Source: an uncultured Alphaproteobacteria bacterium (lineage in GTDB: Bacteria; Pseudomonadota; Alphaproteobacteria; Rhizobiales; Kaistiaceae). From it: DNA of 64,000 bases. Position numbers and translations under genes: made by a program. Positions 1-11,609 of this stretch are shown here, in pieces; the first letter of the stretch is position 1; every line of letters begins with the position of its first letter. A model generated the notes under the pieces. It had not been told where the DNA came from. It worked only from the letters and a program-made list of their open reading frames with translations, and ran no database searches. The DNA lies in assembly GCA_963812275.1 (NCBI GenBank), contig CAWEUQ010000008.1, forward strand, positions 122,104-186,103, written 5' to 3'.

Positions 1-359
1 GTATCTGGGAGACCCTGCTCACCAAGTATCCGGTGATCAACGGCGCCTTCTTCCACAACGACGACATGGCGCTTGCCGCCGCCGAGGTGATGAAGCGGCA
101 CAACCGCACCGAGACCCTGATTGGTGGTGTCGACGCGATGCCGCCGGCGATCGAGGCGGTCATCGAAGGCCGCATGCTCGGCACGGTGCGCAACCCGTCC
201 TGCCGTATCCACGGCGGCGCGATCGTTGCGGGCGTGGCGGCAGTGGCCGGTGAAAAGACCGGTGCCGGCATTCCGAAGAGCATCGTCACCGACGGGCCGG
301 TCGTCACCAAGGCGAATGCCGAAGGCATGCTTTGGATGGAAAGCCACTTCCTGATCTAA
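1..359 (+). CDS. Sugar ABC transporter substrate-binding protein, 3' part (truncated by window start)
   Basis: Open frame ending ...EGMLWMESHFLI*; GVDAMPPAIEAVIEGRMLGTV resembles the C-terminus of periplasmic sugar-binding proteins; directly upstream of ABC ATPase and permease. Confidence 0.8.
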   Translation, partial: IWETLLTKYPVINGAFFHNDDMALAAAEVMKRHNRTETLIGGVDAMPPAIEAVIEGRMLGTVRNPSCRIHGGAIVAGVAAVAGEKTGAGIPKSIVTDGPVVTKANAEGMLWMESHFLI

Positions 360-367
360 GACGGAAA

Positions 368-1870
368 ATGACTGAAGGCAGCGAAACGCCGCTGCTCGAA
401 CTGATCGGCATCTCGAAGTCGTTTGGCGGTGTCCAGGCGCTTCGGGATGTCGATTTTTCACTTCGGGCAGGCGAGATTCACGGACTCGTCGGCGAAAACG
501 GCGCCGGCAAGTCGACGTTGATGAAGATCATCGCCGGCGTGCATCACGATTTTCAGGGCAAGATGCGCCTCGACGGCAAGGAGGTCCGGTTTCGCTCGGC
601 CCGCGACGCTCTCGATGCCGGTGTCGGCATGGTGCATCAGGAACTCAGCATCGTCCCCGATCTGTCGGTGGCCGAAAATGTCTTTCTCGGCTCCCAGCCG
701 GTCAAGGGTCCCGGCATCGTCGACTGGAAGCGGATGGTGCGCGAATCGCGCGAGCATCTCGCCGGGCTCGGCATCGATGTCGATCCGACGACGACGATCG
801 GCCTTCTGCCAATCGGGCTGCAGCAACTGATCGAACTGGCGCGGGTCCTGTTCTCCGGCGCCCGGATCATCATTCTCGACGAACCGACGTCGGCGTTGTC
901 GCCGCCGGAGGTCGAACTGCTGTTCACCACCCTGCGGCGCCTGCGCGAGAGCGGTCGCAGCATCATCTTCATCTCCCACTTCCTCGACGACATCCTGCGG
1001 ATTTCCGATACGGTCACCATCTTCCGCAACGGGCGCAAGGTCCTCACCTCGCCGGTGGCCGAGATCGACAAGCGCAAGGTCATCGAACAGATGATCGGCG
1101 TCGGCCATCAGGAACTGGAGGAGAGCTACACCGGCGAGATCAAGCTCGATACCCGTTTCGACGCTCCGGTGGTGCTGGAGACCGATCGCCTGTCCATCGA
1201 TCGCGCCTTCCACGACGTTTCGCTGAAGGTGCGTGCCGGCGAGGTTCTCGGCATATACGGCTTCATGGGCTGCGGTCAGATCGAGCTGGCCCGCGCCCTT
1301 TTCGGCAAGCTGAAATCCTCCGGCGGCCTCAAGCTCGAGGGCAAGCCGATCAAGCTTACCCGGACATCGATCGCGCGGGAGCTTGGAATCGCCTATGTTC
1401 CCGAGAGCCGGCGCGCGATGCTTTTCCACCACGAACCGCTCTACAAGAACATGTCGATCAGCATCCTCGAGCGGATTTCGCGGTTCCTCCTGAAGCCCGG
1501 ATCCGAGCGCGACATCGCCCGCGGTCATATCGAAAACCTGCGCATCCGGACACCGGGCGCCGACCAGCTCCTCGGCAACCTGTCCGGCGGCAACCAGCAG
1601 AAGGTCGCCCTCGCCAAGTGGTTGACCCACGCCCCCAAAGTCCTGATCCTGAGCGAGCCGACCCGTGGCATGGATGTCGGCGCCAAGGAGGACGTCGTCA
1701 GGATCGTTCGAGGCTTGCGCGATCAGGGGATCGCCGTCGTCGTGGTTTCGACCGAACCGGAAACCGTGTTGTCGCTCGCCGACCGCATCCTGGTCATGAA
1801 GCGCGGCGAAATCGTAACTGAATTTGCCGGTGATACGGTAAGCAAGGACCGGCTGCTCGAGGCGGCCTGA
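368..1870 (+). CDS. Sugar ABC transporter ATP-binding protein (RbsA/MglA type, two ABC domains)
   Basis: Walker A GENGAGKST, LDEPT, second-domain LSGGNQQKV; ATG at 368 just after the SBP stop. Confidence 0.95.
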   Translation: MTEGSETPLLELIGISKSFGGVQALRDVDFSLRAGEIHGLVGENGAGKSTLMKIIAGVHHDFQGKMRLDGKEVRFRSARDALDAGVGMVHQELSIVPDLSVAENVFLGSQPVKGPGIVDWKRMVRESREHLAGLGIDVDPTTTIGLLPIGLQQLIELARVLFSGARIIILDEPTSALSPPEVELLFTTLRRLRESGRSIIFISHFLDDILRISDTVTIFRNGRKVLTSPVAEIDKRKVIEQMIGVGHQELEESYTGEIKLDTRFDAPVVLETDRLSIDRAFHDVSLKVRAGEVLGIYGFMGCGQIELARALFGKLKSSGGLKLEGKPIKLTRTSIARELGIAYVPESRRAMLFHHEPLYKNMSISILERISRFLLKPGSERDIARGHIENLRIRTPGADQLLGNLSGGNQQKVALAKWLTHAPKVLILSEPTRGMDVGAKEDVVRIVRGLRDQGIAVVVVSTEPETVLSLADRILVMKRGEIVTEFAGDTVSKDRLLEAA

Positions 1871-1883
1871 GGGGGAAGACTAC

Positions 1884-2912
1884 ATGTCGGAAACGGGAAT
1901 TGCGGTGACGCGCTCCGGAGGATTCGGCAACTGGGTGCGCAGCCAGTTGCGCAATATCGCGCCTTTCCTGACGCTGCTTTTCCTGGTCGCCTTCTTCAGC
2001 ATCGCCAGCGAATCCTTCCCGACCCTCGTCAATTTCGCCAATATTCTCAACCAGATATCGATTACGGCGATTATCGCCGTCGGCCTGACCTTCGTCATTC
2101 TCTGTGCCGAGATCGATCTGTCGGTCGCCGCGATCGCCAACGTCACCGGGATCGCAGTCGCCTTCTTCACGCTCCAGGAAAGCTACGTCAACATCGCCAA
2201 TCTGCCGCTGCCGGGACTGGTGGCGGTCGCCGTCGCGCTCGCCATCTGCTTCGGGCTCGGCCTCTTCAACGCCCTCGGCGTCACCCTGATCGGCATCCCC
2301 TCCTTCATCATGACGCTCGCCATGATGCAGATTGCCGACGGCATGTCTGCGCTGTTCGTTCGCGGCCAGATCGCCTACGCGGTGCCCTCGATCGTCGTCA
2401 CCCTCGGCTCCAGCACGGTCGCGGGCGTGCCGGTCATCGTCATCGTCGCCGGCATCTTCCTGCTCGTCGCCCACCTCGTGCTGACCTACACCCGCTTCGG
2501 CCGCTACGTTTACATGGTCGGCGGCAACCGCGAGGCGGCCGAGTATTCGGGCGTCAACGTCAAGTTCATCGTCGGCGCCGTCCTGGTCATCGGCGGCGTC
2601 TGTTCCGGTGTCGCCGGCATGCTCGGCGTCGCCTATTTCGGCAGCGCCCAGCAGAACGAATTCACCACCTACCTGCTCGACGCGATCGCGGCCGTGGTGG
2701 TCGGCGGCACCAGCCTGTTCGGCGGCAGTGGCGGCATCGGCAACACGATCGTCGGTCTCTTGGTCCTCGGCGTCCTCAACAACGGCCTCGACCATGTCCA
2801 GATCGATCCGTTCCTGAAGACGCTGATCCGCGGCCTGATCCTGCTCGCCGCGCTGATCATCAACGTCTACGCCCAGCGCCTGCGCTCGCGGGCCGAAGCG
2901 CGCGGCGACTGA
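1884..2912 (+). CDS. Sugar ABC transporter permease (RbsC type)
   Basis: Multiple hydrophobic segments, EIDLSV, TRFGRYVYMVGGNREAAEYSGVNV, IAAVVVGGTSLFGG motifs. Confidence 0.95.
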   Translation: MSETGIAVTRSGGFGNWVRSQLRNIAPFLTLLFLVAFFSIASESFPTLVNFANILNQISITAIIAVGLTFVILCAEIDLSVAAIANVTGIAVAFFTLQESYVNIANLPLPGLVAVAVALAICFGLGLFNALGVTLIGIPSFIMTLAMMQIADGMSALFVRGQIAYAVPSIVVTLGSSTVAGVPVIVIVAGIFLLVAHLVLTYTRFGRYVYMVGGNREAAEYSGVNVKFIVGAVLVIGGVCSGVAGMLGVAYFGSAQQNEFTTYLLDAIAAVVVGGTSLFGGSGGIGNTIVGLLVLGVLNNGLDHVQIDPFLKTLIRGLILLAALIINVYAQRLRSRAEARGD

Positions 2913-2950
2913 CGCCGACCGGCATCGGTCGCCGGAGGGAATGCCGCCGG

Positions 2951-4435
2951 CTATTCGATCCCGATCACCGCCTCGAGCCCGGCGGTCTTGGCGAGCGCGG
3001 CGAGACGGCGCTCGACGCGCGAGCCGCCGAGCGGCGCCAGGTCGTGCGGCAGGACCAGGACCAGCTTCTTGCCGTCGCGCTCCAGCCGCGTGCGGGGCAC
3101 GACCCCGGGCATTGCGCCGGAAATCAGGTTCGCCACCCTGAGGGTCGCCCCCAGCGCCCGCGCCCGCTCCATGTAGCGGGTCGGCGCCAATTCCCGGATC
3201 CGCGGGCTGAGCGCCTCGTCGATCAGGCCCTCGTGACGGTAAAAGTTCGTTAGCGCCAGATAGGCGCGGCCCGGGTGGTCGACGCCGATGAAGGAGGCGT
3301 GAGCGATCAGGTTGAGGCTCTGCTCGCCGCGATACTCCGGATGGACGCGCCAGCCGATGTCGGCCAGCAGGCAGGCGGCGTGGCGGAGCCGCGTTTCCTC
3401 CTCCGTTTCGTCGAGCCCGATCGCTGCGAAAGCCTCCCCGGACCACGGAGTCAATTCCGCTGCGTGGCGTGGCGACCGCGATCGGAGCCATGCCAGTTCC
3501 TCGCAGGCGACGATCAGCGGATCCAGGGCCTTCTCCTCCGGCGAGAGCAGATCATAGAGATGCCCTTCACGGACGCCGAGTGCGGACATCACGATCCGCG
3601 ACGGCTTCATGATCTTGATCACCTGTTCCAGCACGGCCGCCCCATAGGGCAGCAGCGGCCGGCGGTTGCGCGAGACAACCTCGATGGAATCGAGCGAATC
3701 GACGTCGCGGCGCGCCACCATGCGACAGAAGTCGGTCGCCTCGCTGGCCTCGATCGCATACTGGTGGGTGACGTGAAGCGGATAGCCCTTCTGCCGCATC
3801 TGGAGGCGGGCGAGCGAGCGCCAGGTCCCGCCGATCGCATAAAAGTCCCGCTTCTCGCCACCGGGCAGAACCTCCGACTTTTCCAAAGCCTCGGTGATGA
3901 TCTTTTCGGCCTTCTTCATCGATCCCTGCGACGACTCATGAAGCCGCAGGCCGCCGAGCGGGAAGGTTTCGCCGGAGCCGACGCCGTCATTGCGGACGTC
4001 GACGACTTCGAGGCTGCCACCGCCGAGGTCGCCGGCGATGCCGTTCGCCCCGTGAATGCCGGAGATCACCCCGTAGGCGGTCAGCCGGGCCTCTTCCTTG
4101 CCCGAGAGCATCTGGATCGGGACACCGGCGATGGCCTCGACCGCGGCGACGAATTCCGGCCCGTTCGCGGCTTCCCGTGGCGCGGCCGTGGCGAGGACAT
4201 GGATATCGGAAACGCCGATCTGGTCCGACAGCGCACGATAGCGCCGCATGGCGGCAAGGGCGGAGGCGATCGCGGCCGGGTCGAGCCGGCCCGTCGCTTC
4301 GAGCCCCCGAGCCAGCCCGCACAGCTCCTTTTCGTTGAACAACGGCGTCGCGGTGCGAGACAAGCGCTCGTAGACGACGAGCCGCACGGAGTTCGACCCG
4401 ATATCGATGACCGCGATCGGGCCCGTGCCGTTCAT
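2951..4435 (-). CDS. ppx: Exopolyphosphatase, Ppx/GppA family
   Basis: IDIGSNSVRL, EEARL, DLGGGSLE, GVREG motifs; follows ppk; ATG at 4435 after GAGGAG (alternative GTG at 4525). Confidence 0.93.
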   Translation of the reverse strand: MNGTGPIAVIDIGSNSVRLVVYERLSRTATPLFNEKELCGLARGLEATGRLDPAAIASALAAMRRYRALSDQIGVSDIHVLATAAPREAANGPEFVAAVEAIAGVPIQMLSGKEEARLTAYGVISGIHGANGIAGDLGGGSLEVVDVRNDGVGSGETFPLGGLRLHESSQGSMKKAEKIITEALEKSEVLPGGEKRDFYAIGGTWRSLARLQMRQKGYPLHVTHQYAIEASEATDFCRMVARRDVDSLDSIEVVSRNRRPLLPYGAAVLEQVIKIMKPSRIVMSALGVREGHLYDLLSPEEKALDPLIVACEELAWLRSRSPRHAAELTPWSGEAFAAIGLDETEEETRLRHAACLLADIGWRVHPEYRGEQSLNLIAHASFIGVDHPGRAYLALTNFYRHEGLIDEALSPRIRELAPTRYMERARALGATLRVANLISGAMPGVVPRTRLERDGKKLVLVLPHDLAPLGGSRVERRLAALAKTAGLEAVIGIE

Positions 4436-4463
4436 CCGGCCGGGCGCCTCCTCGGACTTCCGG

Positions 4464-6668
4464 TCAGCGGCGTTTCGACCGCTTTCGGAGCGGTTGGGGG
4501 GGATCGCTTTTGAGAGATTTTCCACGGCCTGACAGGCTCGGATTGGTCATGAAGAACTGGTGCACATTGAAGGGCGACTCACCCTTCTTGACCATGATGC
4601 GTTCCGAACTCCCGTCGGACAAGACGGCCCAGCTCTGCTGGTTGTCGGCAAGGTTAGCGACCATGATCTGGCCGAGTATCTGTTCGTGCACCGTCGGATT
4701 GAGGATCGGTGCCATGGCCTCGACCCGCCGATCGAGGTTGCGCGGCATCAGGTCGGCGGAACCGATATAGACCAGCGCATGCGGCGACGGCAAGCTATGG
4801 CCGTTGCCGAAACAGAATATCCGGGCGTGTTCGAGGAAACGGCCGACGATCGACTTGACCCGGATATTCTCGGAGAGCCCCGGAATACCCGGCCTGAGAC
4901 AGCAGATGCCGCGGACCACCAGATCGACCTGCACACCGGCGACGCTGGCGTCATAAAGCGCGTCGATGACGGTCGGATCGACCAGCGAGTTCATCTTCAT
5001 CCAGATGGCGGCGGGCCGGCCGGCCTTCGCATTCTCGACCTCGCCCTTGATCAGGTCGAGGATCCGTCGGCGAAGCATCGTCGGAGAAATCGCTATCTGC
5101 TCGAGCTCGTCGGGCTCGGCGTAGCCGGTTATGTAATTGAAGATACGGGCGACATCGTGCGCGATCGACGGGTCGGCCGTGAAGAAGGACAGATCGGTAT
5201 AGATCCGCGCCGTCACCGGATGGTAGTTGCCGGTGCCGATATGGACGTAGCTGGCAAGCGCCCCGCCCTCGCGGCGAACCACCAGCGACAGCTTGGCGTG
5301 GGTCTTGAGGTCGATGAAGCCGTAAACGACCTGCACGCCCGCCCGTTCGAGGTCGCGGGCCCAGCGGATGTTCGCCTCTTCGTCGAAACGCGCCTTCAGT
5401 TCGACCAGCGCGGTGACCGACTTGCCGGCTTCCGCCGCCTCGGCAAGCGCGTTGACGATCGGCGAGTCGTTGGAGGTCCGGTAGAGCGTCTGCTTGATCG
5501 CCACGACGTCGGGGTCGTCGGCCGCCTGCCTGAGGAACTGGAGGACGACGTCGAACGACTCATAGGGGTGGTGGACGACCAGATCCTTCTGGCGAATGGC
5601 GGCGAAACAATCGCCGCCCTTCTCGCGGATGCGCTCCGGAAACCGCGGCGTATACGGCTTGAATTTCAGCTTCGGCCGATCGACGTCGACCAGCTGCGAC
5701 AGATCGTTGAGCGCCAGCACGCCATCGACCAGGAAGATTTCGTCGCCCGTCACCGCCAGCGCCTTGGCGACAAGCGTGCGCAGGTCGGATGGCATCGCGG
5801 CGTCGATTTCCAGGCGAATCACCGAACCGCGGCGCCGGCGTTTCAGCGCGCTCTCGAAGAAACGGACAAGATCCTCGGCTTCTTCCTCGACTTCGATGTC
5901 GGAGTCGCGAATGACCCGGAAGGCGCCCTGCCCTTCGACCGCATAGCCCGGAAACAGCCGCGCCACGAACAGGGTCACCGCCTGTTCGATGCTGATGAAG
6001 CGATCCTTGTCGGCCTCGGTCGCGGGAAGGCGGACGAAACGCCCGAGCGTCTGCGGCATGCGCATCAGCGCCGTCATCCACCGCCCACCGGCCTTGCGGC
6101 TCAACTGCAACGCCACGGTCAGACCGAGATTTGGAATGAAGGGAAACGGGTGGGCGGGATCGATCGCCAGCGGCGTCAAGGTCGGAAACACCGATTCGAG
6201 AAAGTGCTCCTCGAGCCATTCGTGCTCGGCTTGGGTGATCTGGGAGGCCTCGACCAGAACAATACCCTCGTCGGCGAGTTCGCGCCGCAGGCCGGCCCAG
6301 ATCGCCTGCTGGTCCTGGGCCAGGGCCGAGACGGCTTCGCCGATATGGGTAAGCTGCTCGCTCAGCGACTGGCCGTCGTCGCTGATCATCGAGATGCCGC
6401 GCCGCTGCTGACCGATCAGGCCGGCGACACGGACCATGAAGAATTCATCGAGGTTGTTGGCCGAGATCGACAGGAACCGAAGCCGTTCGAGCAGCGGATG
6501 ACGGACGTTGTTGGCTTCCTCGAGGACCCGCCGGTTGAAATGGAGCCAGGATAATTCACGGTTGATGAAGCGTTCCGGCAGACCGCGCAGGCGCATGCCC
6601 TCCATCCGGTCGGCACCGGATTCGTCAACCTCGCTCAACGTGGCGATATGGGGATTCTTCTGGTCCAT
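4464..6668 (-). CDS. ppk: Polyphosphate kinase 1
   Basis: [58 protein letters not shown] motifs. Confidence 0.97.
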   Translation of the reverse strand: MDQKNPHIATLSEVDESGADRMEGMRLRGLPERFINRELSWLHFNRRVLEEANNVRHPLLERLRFLSISANNLDEFFMVRVAGLIGQQRRGISMISDDGQSLSEQLTHIGEAVSALAQDQQAIWAGLRRELADEGIVLVEASQITQAEHEWLEEHFLESVFPTLTPLAIDPAHPFPFIPNLGLTVALQLSRKAGGRWMTALMRMPQTLGRFVRLPATEADKDRFISIEQAVTLFVARLFPGYAVEGQGAFRVIRDSDIEVEEEAEDLVRFFESALKRRRRGSVIRLEIDAAMPSDLRTLVAKALAVTGDEIFLVDGVLALNDLSQLVDVDRPKLKFKPYTPRFPERIREKGGDCFAAIRQKDLVVHHPYESFDVVLQFLRQAADDPDVVAIKQTLYRTSNDSPIVNALAEAAEAGKSVTALVELKARFDEEANIRWARDLERAGVQVVYGFIDLKTHAKLSLVVRREGGALASYVHIGTGNYHPVTARIYTDLSFFTADPSIAHDVARIFNYITGYAEPDELEQIAISPTMLRRRILDLIKGEVENAKAGRPAAIWMKMNSLVDPTVIDALYDASVAGVQVDLVVRGICCLRPGIPGLSENIRVKSIVGRFLEHARIFCFGNGHSLPSPHALVYIGSADLMPRNLDRRVEAMAPILNPTVHEQILGQIMVANLADNQQSWAVLSDGSSERIMVKKGESPFNVHQFFMTNPSLSGRGKSLKSDPPQPLRKRSKRR

Positions 6669-6880
6669 GGCGATTTCCGAGGATTCTACACCGGATCGGC
6701 CAGAATAGGCGGAAATTGTGACGATTTCGCCAATGCCTATCGTTCAAAGGTGGGTTGCAAATCTCCGTTTCTGACGGCAGGTTCAACTCGGCAAGCCGAT
6801 CATGCGGTCGGCGTCGCCCAATATTCATCCTGGCTCGCGTGGCAGCACATGCCCTTCGGGTGGAAAGAGGAGATTGCTGA

Positions 6881-7309
6881 ATGACCACTCGGCCAAGGAT
6901 TCTGTTGGCGGCCCTCCTGGGCGCCGCGCTGGTGCAGCTGGGCCCGGCCCATGCGGCCACCATTAGCTTCGGCGACGCCATGACGGTGCTGGCCCGCGAT
7001 TGCGGGGCCGATGTGGAGAAATACTGCAAGGGGCTTAATCTCGGAAACAACAGGATTGCGGATTGCCTTGCCGCGAACCAGGCGAAGGTTTCGCCGGTCT
7101 GCCTGTCCTCGCTGGCGGCGGTGCGGGCCTCGCTGCAGCAGAGGCTGGCGGCGCAGGCGAGTGTCGCCAAGGTCTGCCGCGGCGACGCCGCCCGGCGGTG
7201 CACCGGCGTGGTGCAGAAGGACGCCTACGTCCTCGATTGCCTCGTCAAGGCGGCAAGAACCGTCAGCAAGAAATGCAACGCGGCGATCACCGATGCCGGG
7301 TGGCGGTAA
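6881..7309 (+). CDS. Secreted protein with two cysteine-rich (GLG1-like) repeats
   Basis: Signal peptide ending AHA; two four-cysteine units (CGADVEKYC...IADCL...VC and CRGDAARRC...VLDCL...KC); GAGGAG RBS. Confidence 0.75.
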   Translation: MTTRPRILLAALLGAALVQLGPAHAATISFGDAMTVLARDCGADVEKYCKGLNLGNNRIADCLAANQAKVSPVCLSSLAAVRASLQQRLAAQASVAKVCRGDAARRCTGVVQKDAYVLDCLVKAARTVSKKCNAAITDAGWR

Positions 7310-7312
7310 GAC

Positions 7313-7906
7313 ATGACGAACAGAGGAAACCTCCGCATGCCCCTGAAGCTTGTACGGACCGCCGTTGTCGCTGCACTCCTGCTCTCCGCCGGCAAGGTCG
7401 CGGCCCAGGAGATCACCGCTGACCAGCTCATCGTCGGTCTTCAAGGCCCGGGAACGTTGACGGTCGCCGTCGATCCGAAGGCGCTTGCCGCCGAGGTCAA
7501 GGCGAATGTCGGGAAGGGCGTTGCGTCGCTGCCGGGCTGGAGCCAGATCAGCAAGCTGACGCAACTCGTCGTCGACATCAATTTCCAGTACGATTCCGTT
7601 GCCATCGTGCCGTCCTCCTACCGGACGATCGGGCTCATCGCCGATGCCCTCCATCATCCTCTGCTGCTCCGATACAAATTCCTGATTGTCGGCCACACGG
7701 ATGCCAGGGGCGACGCTGCCTATAACCTCAACCTCAGCCTGAAGCGCGCCGAGGCGATCCGGGAGGCGCTGACAACGACGTTCGCGATTGCGCCGGATCG
7801 GCTTTTTGCGATTGGCGTCGGCGAGGAACTTCCGCTGGACGCTGCAAATCCGGATGCCGCAATCAACCGGCGCGTCCAGCTGGTCAATATCGGCCCGGTC
7901 AAATAG
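7313..7906 (+). CDS. OmpA-family (peptidoglycan-binding C-terminal domain) secreted protein
   Basis: INFQYDS, GHTDARGDAAYNLNLSLKRAEAI, NRRVQ motifs; signal peptide; 3 bp after the Cys-rich gene. Confidence 0.9.
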   Translation: MTNRGNLRMPLKLVRTAVVAALLLSAGKVAAQEITADQLIVGLQGPGTLTVAVDPKALAAEVKANVGKGVASLPGWSQISKLTQLVVDINFQYDSVAIVPSSYRTIGLIADALHHPLLLRYKFLIVGHTDARGDAAYNLNLSLKRAEAIREALTTTFAIAPDRLFAIGVGEELPLDAANPDAAINRRVQLVNIGPVK

Positions 7907-7972
7907 CCGAAGGGATCGAGGCGTTCGCCGCCAGGAACGGCGCTTTTGCGGACCTTTTCGCCAAACCAGCCG

Positions 7973-8686
7973 TCAGTCGTCCCACAACGTCCCTTGCCTG
8001 TCCGCCAGCCGGTTCAGTGCCTCGGCGGCGAGTCGCTTGGTGATCGAGCGGTTTTCCGCCAGCGCGTCACGATCGAGCTGATCGGCGACGATATTCGCCG
8101 CCTCCAGCGATCGTTCCATCCGAAGCAGGATGAAGTCGATCACGGCGGCATCGACGAGCAGTTGCCGATCGGCAAACAGCTTGGTCATCACCCGACGCAG
8201 GAGGTCGTCGTCCGGTTCGCCGAGTTGGGCGCGTTGGGCCGCGCGCAGGCGCGAGGCGAGGTCGGGCAGCTTCAACGGCAGCGTCTCCGGCCCTGCCCGG
8301 CTCGTCAGCAGCAGCGGCAGCCGCTGCTCGCCGGCGATGTTGACGAGGTGAAACAGCGCGGCTTCGTCGATCGGCCCGGCATGCAGATTCTCCACTGCGA
8401 CCGCCCCGGCCGCGGCAAGCCGCGGTCCGCTTTCGCGATCGAGCTGCGAAGCTTCGACACATGCAGCCCCCGCCACCGACGTCCATATCGCGGTCAGGTG
8501 CGATTTTCCCGAGCCGGCCGGACCGACGAGGAGGAGACCGCGCTCGGGCCATGACGGCCAGCGGTCGATCGCCTCGACGGCTTCGGCATTGACCCGGCTG
8601 ACGATGAAATCATCGCGCCCGAGAGCGGACTCGTGCGGCAGGCTCAGCGCCAGTTGGCGAGCCGATCGGGGGTGCTCGCCGGTCAT
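7973..8686 (-). CDS. hdaA: DnaA regulatory inactivator HdaA
   Basis: RQLALSLPH, GPAGSGKSHL, LFHLVN, LPDLASRL, ERS motifs; ATGA overlap with the AI-2E gene stop. Confidence 0.88.
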   Translation of the reverse strand: MTGEHPRSARQLALSLPHESALGRDDFIVSRVNAEAVEAIDRWPSWPERGLLLVGPAGSGKSHLTAIWTSVAGAACVEASQLDRESGPRLAAAGAVAVENLHAGPIDEAALFHLVNIAGEQRLPLLLTSRAGPETLPLKLPDLASRLRAAQRAQLGEPDDDLLRRVMTKLFADRQLLVDAAVIDFILLRMERSLEAANIVADQLDRDALAENRSITKRLAAEALNRLADRQGTLWDD

Positions 8687-9768
8687 TGCCTGGGAGGCGT
8701 CGGCTCTGCGGCGCTGCCGCGATAGATCGGGCTCGCCAGATAGCGGGCGAGAGCGTAGCGGACCAGGACCCCGACGGCGGCGGCGGCGGGAATCGCGACC
8801 AGCAGCCCGACGAAACCGAAGAGCAGGCCAAAGGCGAAGAGCGCGAACATCAGCCAGACCGGATGCAGGCCGACGTTGTTGCCGATGAAGAAGGGCTGCA
8901 GGACGTAGCCTTCGAGAATCTGGCCGACGATGAACAGAGTCGCGGTGGCGACCGGCCAGATCCAGTCGGGCCAGAACTGAAGGAGCGCGATGCCAACCGC
9001 GGCGATGAAGCCGAGGGTCGATCCGAGATAGGGGACGAAACTGATCAGCCCGGCGACCAGTCCGATCAGGAACCCGAAATTGATGCCGAGGATGACCAGC
9101 CCCGAGGCATAGAAGACCCCGAGCGTCAGGCTCACCAATGCCTGGCCGCGGACGAAGCCGGCGATCACCCGATCCATCTCGCGGGCGAGCCTGCGGATCG
9201 TATCGACATGATCGCGCGGCAGCCAGCTGTCGACGAGCCCGATCATCCGGTGCCAGTCGTAGAGAAGATAGAAAGCGACCACCGGCGCGACGACGACGAG
9301 CGCGAGGATGTTGATGAAGGCGAGGCCGCCCGACCACACCGAACCAACCACCGTCGTCGCCCACGTCGCCCCCTGGCTGAGGAAACTTCCGAGCGACGAC
9401 CGGACCGCGTCGGAATCGACACCGAGGCTCTCGGCCCAGCTGCTCTTCAGCACCGACTCGATCAGACCGTCGAGGCGCGTCAGGTAGGTCGGCATATTGT
9501 CGATCAGCAGGAAGAGCTGATTGACGAGGATCGGCAGGACCAGAACCAACATGGCAGCAACGACGATCAGGGAAAGCACCATGATCGTCATCGTCGCGGC
9601 GAGCCGGTTGAAGCCGCGCCGTTCGAACCAGTTGGCCACCGGATCGAGGAGATACGCCATCGCCATGCCGCCGACAAACGGCAACAGGATCGGGCTGAAG
9701 ACCATCAGGAAGACGAGCATCACGACGAAGGCCGCCACCCAGAAGGCGATCTGGCGATCGATCCTCAT
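8683..9768 (-). CDS. AI-2E family transporter (PerM-like)
   Basis: Hydrophobic; [28 protein letters not shown] motifs; usual position next to purM/hda. Confidence 0.92.
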   Translation of the reverse strand: MRIDRQIAFWVAAFVVMLVFLMVFSPILLPFVGGMAMAYLLDPVANWFERRGFNRLAATMTIMVLSLIVVAAMLVLVLPILVNQLFLLIDNMPTYLTRLDGLIESVLKSSWAESLGVDSDAVRSSLGSFLSQGATWATTVVGSVWSGGLAFINILALVVVAPVVAFYLLYDWHRMIGLVDSWLPRDHVDTIRRLAREMDRVIAGFVRGQALVSLTLGVFYASGLVILGINFGFLIGLVAGLISFVPYLGSTLGFIAAVGIALLQFWPDWIWPVATATLFIVGQILEGYVLQPFFIGNNVGLHPVWLMFALFAFGLLFGFVGLLVAIPAAAAVGVLVRYALARYLASPIYRGSAAEPTPPRQ

Positions 9769-10346
9769 CGGGGAAGCCTCTCGTCGAGCACGGAGCTGCG
9801 GCCTTCCAGCGATTTGTCGGTGCCCATATGGCGGATCCAGTCCACCGCGTAGAGCAGCGCCGAGGCGACCGTCAGGATTCCCACCGCGACAACCATGATC
9901 TGCCGGAACAAAGTAAGATCGACGGGAAAGGCCAGGTCGCCGAGCACCAGCGCGGCGAGGACGATCTGGGCGACCGTGTTCAGCTTCGAGACGATCAGGG
10001 GTCGCATTGCGACCGGCTGGCCGAGCAGGCCGGCAAGCACCACCGCGCCGATGATCAGGACGTCACGGCTGACGACGAGGATGGTGACCCAGGTCGGAAT
10101 CTCGTTCAGGACCGCGAAGGTGACGTAGATCGAGACCAGCAGCGCCTTGTCGGCCAGCGGATCGAGATAGGCGCCGACGACCGAGCGCATGTTGAACTGG
10201 CGGGCGAGAAAGCCGTCGACCCCATCGCTGACCCCGGCCAGGACGAAGATCCAGAAGGCGGTCAGCGCATCGTTCGCGACGATCAGCCAAATCGTCAGCG
10301 GAACCAGAAAAAGCCTGCCGATGCTGATGAAATTCGGAATCGTCAC
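9765..10346 (-). CDS. CDP-alcohol phosphatidyltransferase family protein
   Basis: [10 protein letters not shown] and DGVDGFLAR...[10 protein letters not shown] signature. Confidence 0.92.
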   Translation of the reverse strand: MTIPNFISIGRLFLVPLTIWLIVANDALTAFWIFVLAGVSDGVDGFLARQFNMRSVVGAYLDPLADKALLVSIYVTFAVLNEIPTWVTILVVSRDVLIIGAVVLAGLLGQPVAMRPLIVSKLNTVAQIVLAALVLGDLAFPVDLTLFRQIMVVAVGILTVASALLYAVDWIRHMGTDKSLEGRSSVLDERLPR

Positions 10347-10529
10347 CTTCGCCTGGACCTTTTTTGCCGCATTGCCGCTCCACGGGCTCGGAAATCGCGG
10401 CTAGGAATGGCATTGTCGTCCTTCAAAGCCAAGTCGGCAATCGGTGGACAACCAAGCGCCCGCTTGCATTCGGCGGGCCTTGTGGTTGGATGCCGCCCAC
10501 ACCCGCCCCGCCATCAAGAAGGCGTGTCC

Positions 10530-11609
10530 ATGACGATCCCCAATCGCCGCACAACTCCGGCGACCTATGCCGAGTCCGGCGTCGATATCGACACCGGCAA
10601 CGAACTGGTCGAGGCGATCAAGCCGATCGTCCGCACCACCCGACGGTCGGGGGCCGATGGCGAAATCGGCGGATTTGGTGGACTTTTCGATCTGGCCGCC
10701 GCCGGTTACGCGGACCCCGTGCTGGTCGCGGCCACCGACGGCGTCGGCACCAAGCTGAGAATCGCGATTGAACTCGGCGTCCTCGACGGGGTCGGGGTCG
10801 ATCTCGTCGCCATGTGCGTCAACGACCTCGTCGCCCAGGGGGCCGAACCCTTGTTTTTCCTCGATTATTTTGCGGCGGGCAAGATCGAGACCGAGATGGC
10901 GATGGATGTGATCGCGGGAATTGCCCGGGGCTGCCGAATCGCCGGGGCCGCCCTGATCGGCGGCGAGACCGCCGAAATGCCGGGGATGTATGCCGACAAG
11001 GACTTCGATATCGCGGGTTTCGCGGTCGGCGCGGTGGAGCGGAATGCCATCCTGCCGCGCAGGGACATCGCCGCCGGCGACGCCATCCTCGGCCTCGCCT
11101 CGTCGGGAGTCCATTCCAACGGCCTTTCGCTGGTCCGGCTGATCGTCTCTCGCTCGGAGATGCCTTACGATTTCCCCTCCCCCTTCGGGTCGTCCAGCCT
11201 CGGCCGATCGCTGCTCACGCCGACCCGGATCTATGTCAAGTCGCTGCTCGCCGCGATCCGGGATCCGGGTGGCGTCAAGGCGCTCGCCCACATCACCGGA
11301 GGCGGATTGATCGACAATGTTCCGCGCGCCCTGCCCGATCATCTTGCGGCGCGCATCGACCTCGGCCGGATCGACATGCCCCCCGTCTTCCGCTGGCTTG
11401 CCGAGACCGGACCGCTCGAGGAGGCGGAGATGCTGCGAACCTTCAATTGCGGGGTCGGCATGGTTGTCATCGCGGAACCGGAGCGCGCCGACGCGCTTGC
11501 GGCGACCCTGACCGATGCTGGCGAAACCGTCTTTCGCCTCGGCGCGGTCGAGCAGCGGGGCGAGGCCCCGGTCGTGTTCGACGGCAAGCTGGCGCTCGGA
11601 AGCGACTGA
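10530..11609 (+). CDS. purM: Phosphoribosylformylglycinamidine cyclo-ligase
   Basis: [42 protein letters not shown] motifs. Confidence 0.97.
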   Translation: MTIPNRRTTPATYAESGVDIDTGNELVEAIKPIVRTTRRSGADGEIGGFGGLFDLAAAGYADPVLVAATDGVGTKLRIAIELGVLDGVGVDLVAMCVNDLVAQGAEPLFFLDYFAAGKIETEMAMDVIAGIARGCRIAGAALIGGETAEMPGMYADKDFDIAGFAVGAVERNAILPRRDIAAGDAILGLASSGVHSNGLSLVRLIVSRSEMPYDFPSPFGSSSLGRSLLTPTRIYVKSLLAAIRDPGGVKALAHITGGGLIDNVPRALPDHLAARIDLGRIDMPPVFRWLAETGPLEEAEMLRTFNCGVGMVVIAEPERADALAATLTDAGETVFRLGAVEQRGEAPVVFDGKLALGSD

